DNA of 39,329 nt from a phage. Shown here in pieces: positions 37,357 to 39,329 of the stretch. The position numbers and the translations under genes were made by a program. Below the pieces are notes generated by a model that saw only the letters and a program-made list of their open reading frames with translations, was not told the origin of the DNA and searched no databases. The stretch lies in sequence record PZ402303.1. One strand, 5' to 3'. How positions within the stretch are numbered: the first letter of the stretch is position 1; every line of letters begins with the position of its first letter.

Positions 37357-39285
37357 ATGGCTAACAAAATTTCCACTGTGCGTACTTACCCACTTAATGG
37401 TGCCGTGAACTTCACAATCACCTTTGAGTATCTGGCCCGTAAGTTCGTGCAAGTAACCCTAATTGGTAAAGACCGTAAGGAACTGGTTCTCAATCAGGAC
37501 TACCGCTTTACCTCTAAGACGCAAATCACAACATCTCGTACTTGGACTGCCGCAGATGGCTACCAGATGATTGAGATTCGTCGATTCACTTCAGCTACTG
37601 ACCGTCTGGTTGACTTTGCTGATGGCTCTATTCTTCGTGCGTATGACCTGAACATCTCACAGATTCAGACGCTGCACGTTGCTGAGGAAGCACGAGACCT
37701 CACTGCTGATACTATTGGTGTCAACAACGATGGTCACTTAGATGCCCGTGGTCGTAAGATTGTGAACCTTGCGTTCGCTACCAATGACTATGATGCGGTC
37801 CCTCTGAAGCAGATTAAAGAGCGTGAGTCCTCTGCGTGGAGTGCTGTTACTAAGGCAAACGAACATGCTGACCGTTCTAATCGAGAGGCTAATCGTTCTC
37901 GTGATGAGGCTAACCGTGCTCAACGTGAAGCTGACCGTTCAACTCAACAGGCAGGTATCTCTACGGCACAAGCGGTTGAGTCCAAGAAGCAAGCTGACCG
38001 TTCCAACTCTGAGGCTAACCGTGCTAAAGGTTATGCTGATAGTATGACCGCAAGTGTCGCTGAGGCCAAGAAGCAAGCTGACCGTTCCAACTCTGAGGCC
38101 AATCGTGCCCGTGATGAGGCCAATCGTGCTGCCGGAGAAGTGACTAAAGCTGCTGCTGAGGTTGCCAAGGCTGCTGCACATGTGGCTACAGCTAAGGGAC
38201 ATGCTGACCGAGCCAACACTGAGGCCAACCGCTCCAAGAGTGAAGCCGACCGTGCAAAGACCGAGGCCGATAAGTTGGGGAACATGAATGACCTAGCAGG
38301 GACCATTGAGAGCATTGGAAGTAATGGTAAGGACATTAACTTCAAGGGAGGCGTTAATGGTAACACAATTCTTGCTAAGAACTCTGTACACGCTGGGGTT
38401 CAACCAAACACTGCGTTCTTCAGTGATAACACACTACGTCTTCGCAACCGTGACCACAAGGAACGCGCTTGGGACATCTTTGTTTGGGGTAATGATTCTG
38501 GACGGGGCAACGTACTGGAGTTCGGAACTAACTACGGTAAAGGGTATGGGATGTACTTGCAGTTTGCTAATGGTGACTCACAAGATTCCCAACTTCAGGT
38601 TAATGGTGCAATTGCAGCTAAGACAGATATTTATGGACGGGGCATCACAGCAAATGGGGAATTAATTACCCGATCACAAAACCTTAAGCTGATTAACTCT
38701 GCTCGTCGACATATTCAGTTCATGACTGCCAATAACTACACCGATGGTTATCTCTATAAAGACCCCGGTGCTGGTGCGTGGAGACTTAACTTTGGTCAGG
38801 CAGCTAACATGGAGTATACGTTTGCTTCAAACGGTCACTTGACATCTAACTCAGGGTGGAACATCCCACCAGATGGTAACCTATATATCAAGAAGTACGG
38901 AATGTACATTGATGCTTGGGTCAACAAGCGTCTGTCCGAACATGCCTACAACAAGGGTGAAGTTAACAACTTGGTCAACGGTCGCCTCACTGCTGGTCAA
39001 GGTGATGGTCGCTATGTCCGCAAGAACGCTGGGTGGGCTGAGGTCTGGAAAGGCTCTGCTGGTGGTGGTGTCTCTGTAGGTCTCTCTCAAGATGTCCGCT
39101 GGAGAACCATCTGGATTCAAACACAAGGTCGTTGGAACCCTGTTCAAATTGGGGACAATGGGGCTTACTATATCTCGTCTATGGGTGGGTGGTTGCAGTT
39201 CACCATCTCTAATAACGGTAGGACGTTCCGTAACGATGCAGACAGAGCTTCTGTTCCTACGAGAATCTTGGTTCAAACCCAATAA
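37357..39285 (+). CDS. 17: Tail fibre protein (gp17), 642 aa
   Basis: Conserved N-terminal tail-attachment domain (MANKISTVRTYPLNGAVNFTITFEYLARKFVQVTL...); long repetitive coiled-coil shaft; divergent C-terminal tip; RBS AAAGGAGG. Confidence 0.95.
   Translation: MANKISTVRTYPLNGAVNFTITFEYLARKFVQVTLIGKDRKELVLNQDYRFTSKTQITTSRTWTAADGYQMIEIRRFTSATDRLVDFADGSILRAYDLNISQIQTLHVAEEARDLTADTIGVNNDGHLDARGRKIVNLAFATNDYDAVPLKQIKERESSAWSAVTKANEHADRSNREANRSRDEANRAQREADRSTQQAGISTAQAVESKKQADRSNSEANRAKGYADSMTASVAEAKKQADRSNSEANRARDEANRAAGEVTKAAAEVAKAAAHVATAKGHADRANTEANRSKSEADRAKTEADKLGNMNDLAGTIESIGSNGKDINFKGGVNGNTILAKNSVHAGVQPNTAFFSDNTLRLRNRDHKERAWDIFVWGNDSGRGNVLEFGTNYGKGYGMYLQFANGDSQDSQLQVNGAIAAKTDIYGRGITANGELITRSQNLKLINSARRHIQFMTANNYTDGYLYKDPGAGAWRLNFGQAANMEYTFASNGHLTSNSGWNIPPDGNLYIKKYGMYIDAWVNKRLSEHAYNKGEVNNLVNGRLTAGQGDGRYVRKNAGWAEVWKGSAGGGVSVGLSQDVRWRTIWIQTQGRWNPVQIGDNGAYYISSMGGWLQFTISNNGRTFRNDADRASVPTRILVQTQ
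37984..38108 (+). repeat. In-frame direct repeat inside the tail-fibre shaft (two 41-bp copies, 39/41 identical)
   Basis: aagaagcaagctgaccgttccaactctgagg(c/t)(t/c)aa(c/t)cgtgc at 37984-38024 and 38068-38108, encoding KKQADRSNSEANRA; further degenerate ADRSN.EANR units flank it. Confidence 0.6.
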
Positions 39286-39329
39286 TGGAATACAACGAGG
39301 CCACGGATGGCTGACACTAGGAGGACATA

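Overview
The window reads as one complete, circularly permuted genome of a lytic T7-like podophage (Autographiviridae/Studiervirinae-type layout), about 39.3 kb, with every gene on the + strand. It opens in the lysis/packaging module (holin 17.5, terminase 18, spanins 18.5/18.7, terminase 19), crosses the concatemer junction (phiOR, terminal repeat with short-repeat arrays, phiOL, three or four strong sigma70 early promoters at about 3.4-5.0 kb), then runs through the early genes (T3-type 0.3 SAM-cleaving anti-restriction protein, 0.7 kinase, gene 1 RNA polymerase), DNA metabolism (ligase, gp2, SSB 2.5, endonuclease 3, amidase 3.5, primase-helicase 4, DNA polymerase 5, exonuclease 6) and the virion genes (6.7, 7.3, portal 8, scaffold 9, capsid 10A/10B, tail 11/12, core 13-16, tail fibre 17). 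The window end wraps directly onto the holin start at position 1. Sixteen phage-RNAP promoters share the consensus TAATACGACTCACTA(T/A)T-GGGAGA, and seven near-identical RNase III-type hairpins, an early terminator and a T-phi-like late terminator are present. Protein identifications are from recalled similarity to T7/T3 proteins and from synteny, since no searches could be run. Nothing here is demonstrably a new system from sequence alone. The best candidates are (i) a well-supported 185-aa gene between the spanins and large terminase with no T7 counterpart at that locus, (ii) a membrane-anchored coiled-coil 185-aa early gene between two phage promoters downstream of gene 1, (iii) an unusually long, structured gene 10 leader, (iv) the accessory cluster between genes 4.3 and 5, and (v) a tail fibre with an expanded repeat-containing shaft and divergent tip. 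No tRNA, CRISPR, integrase or transposase was seen.
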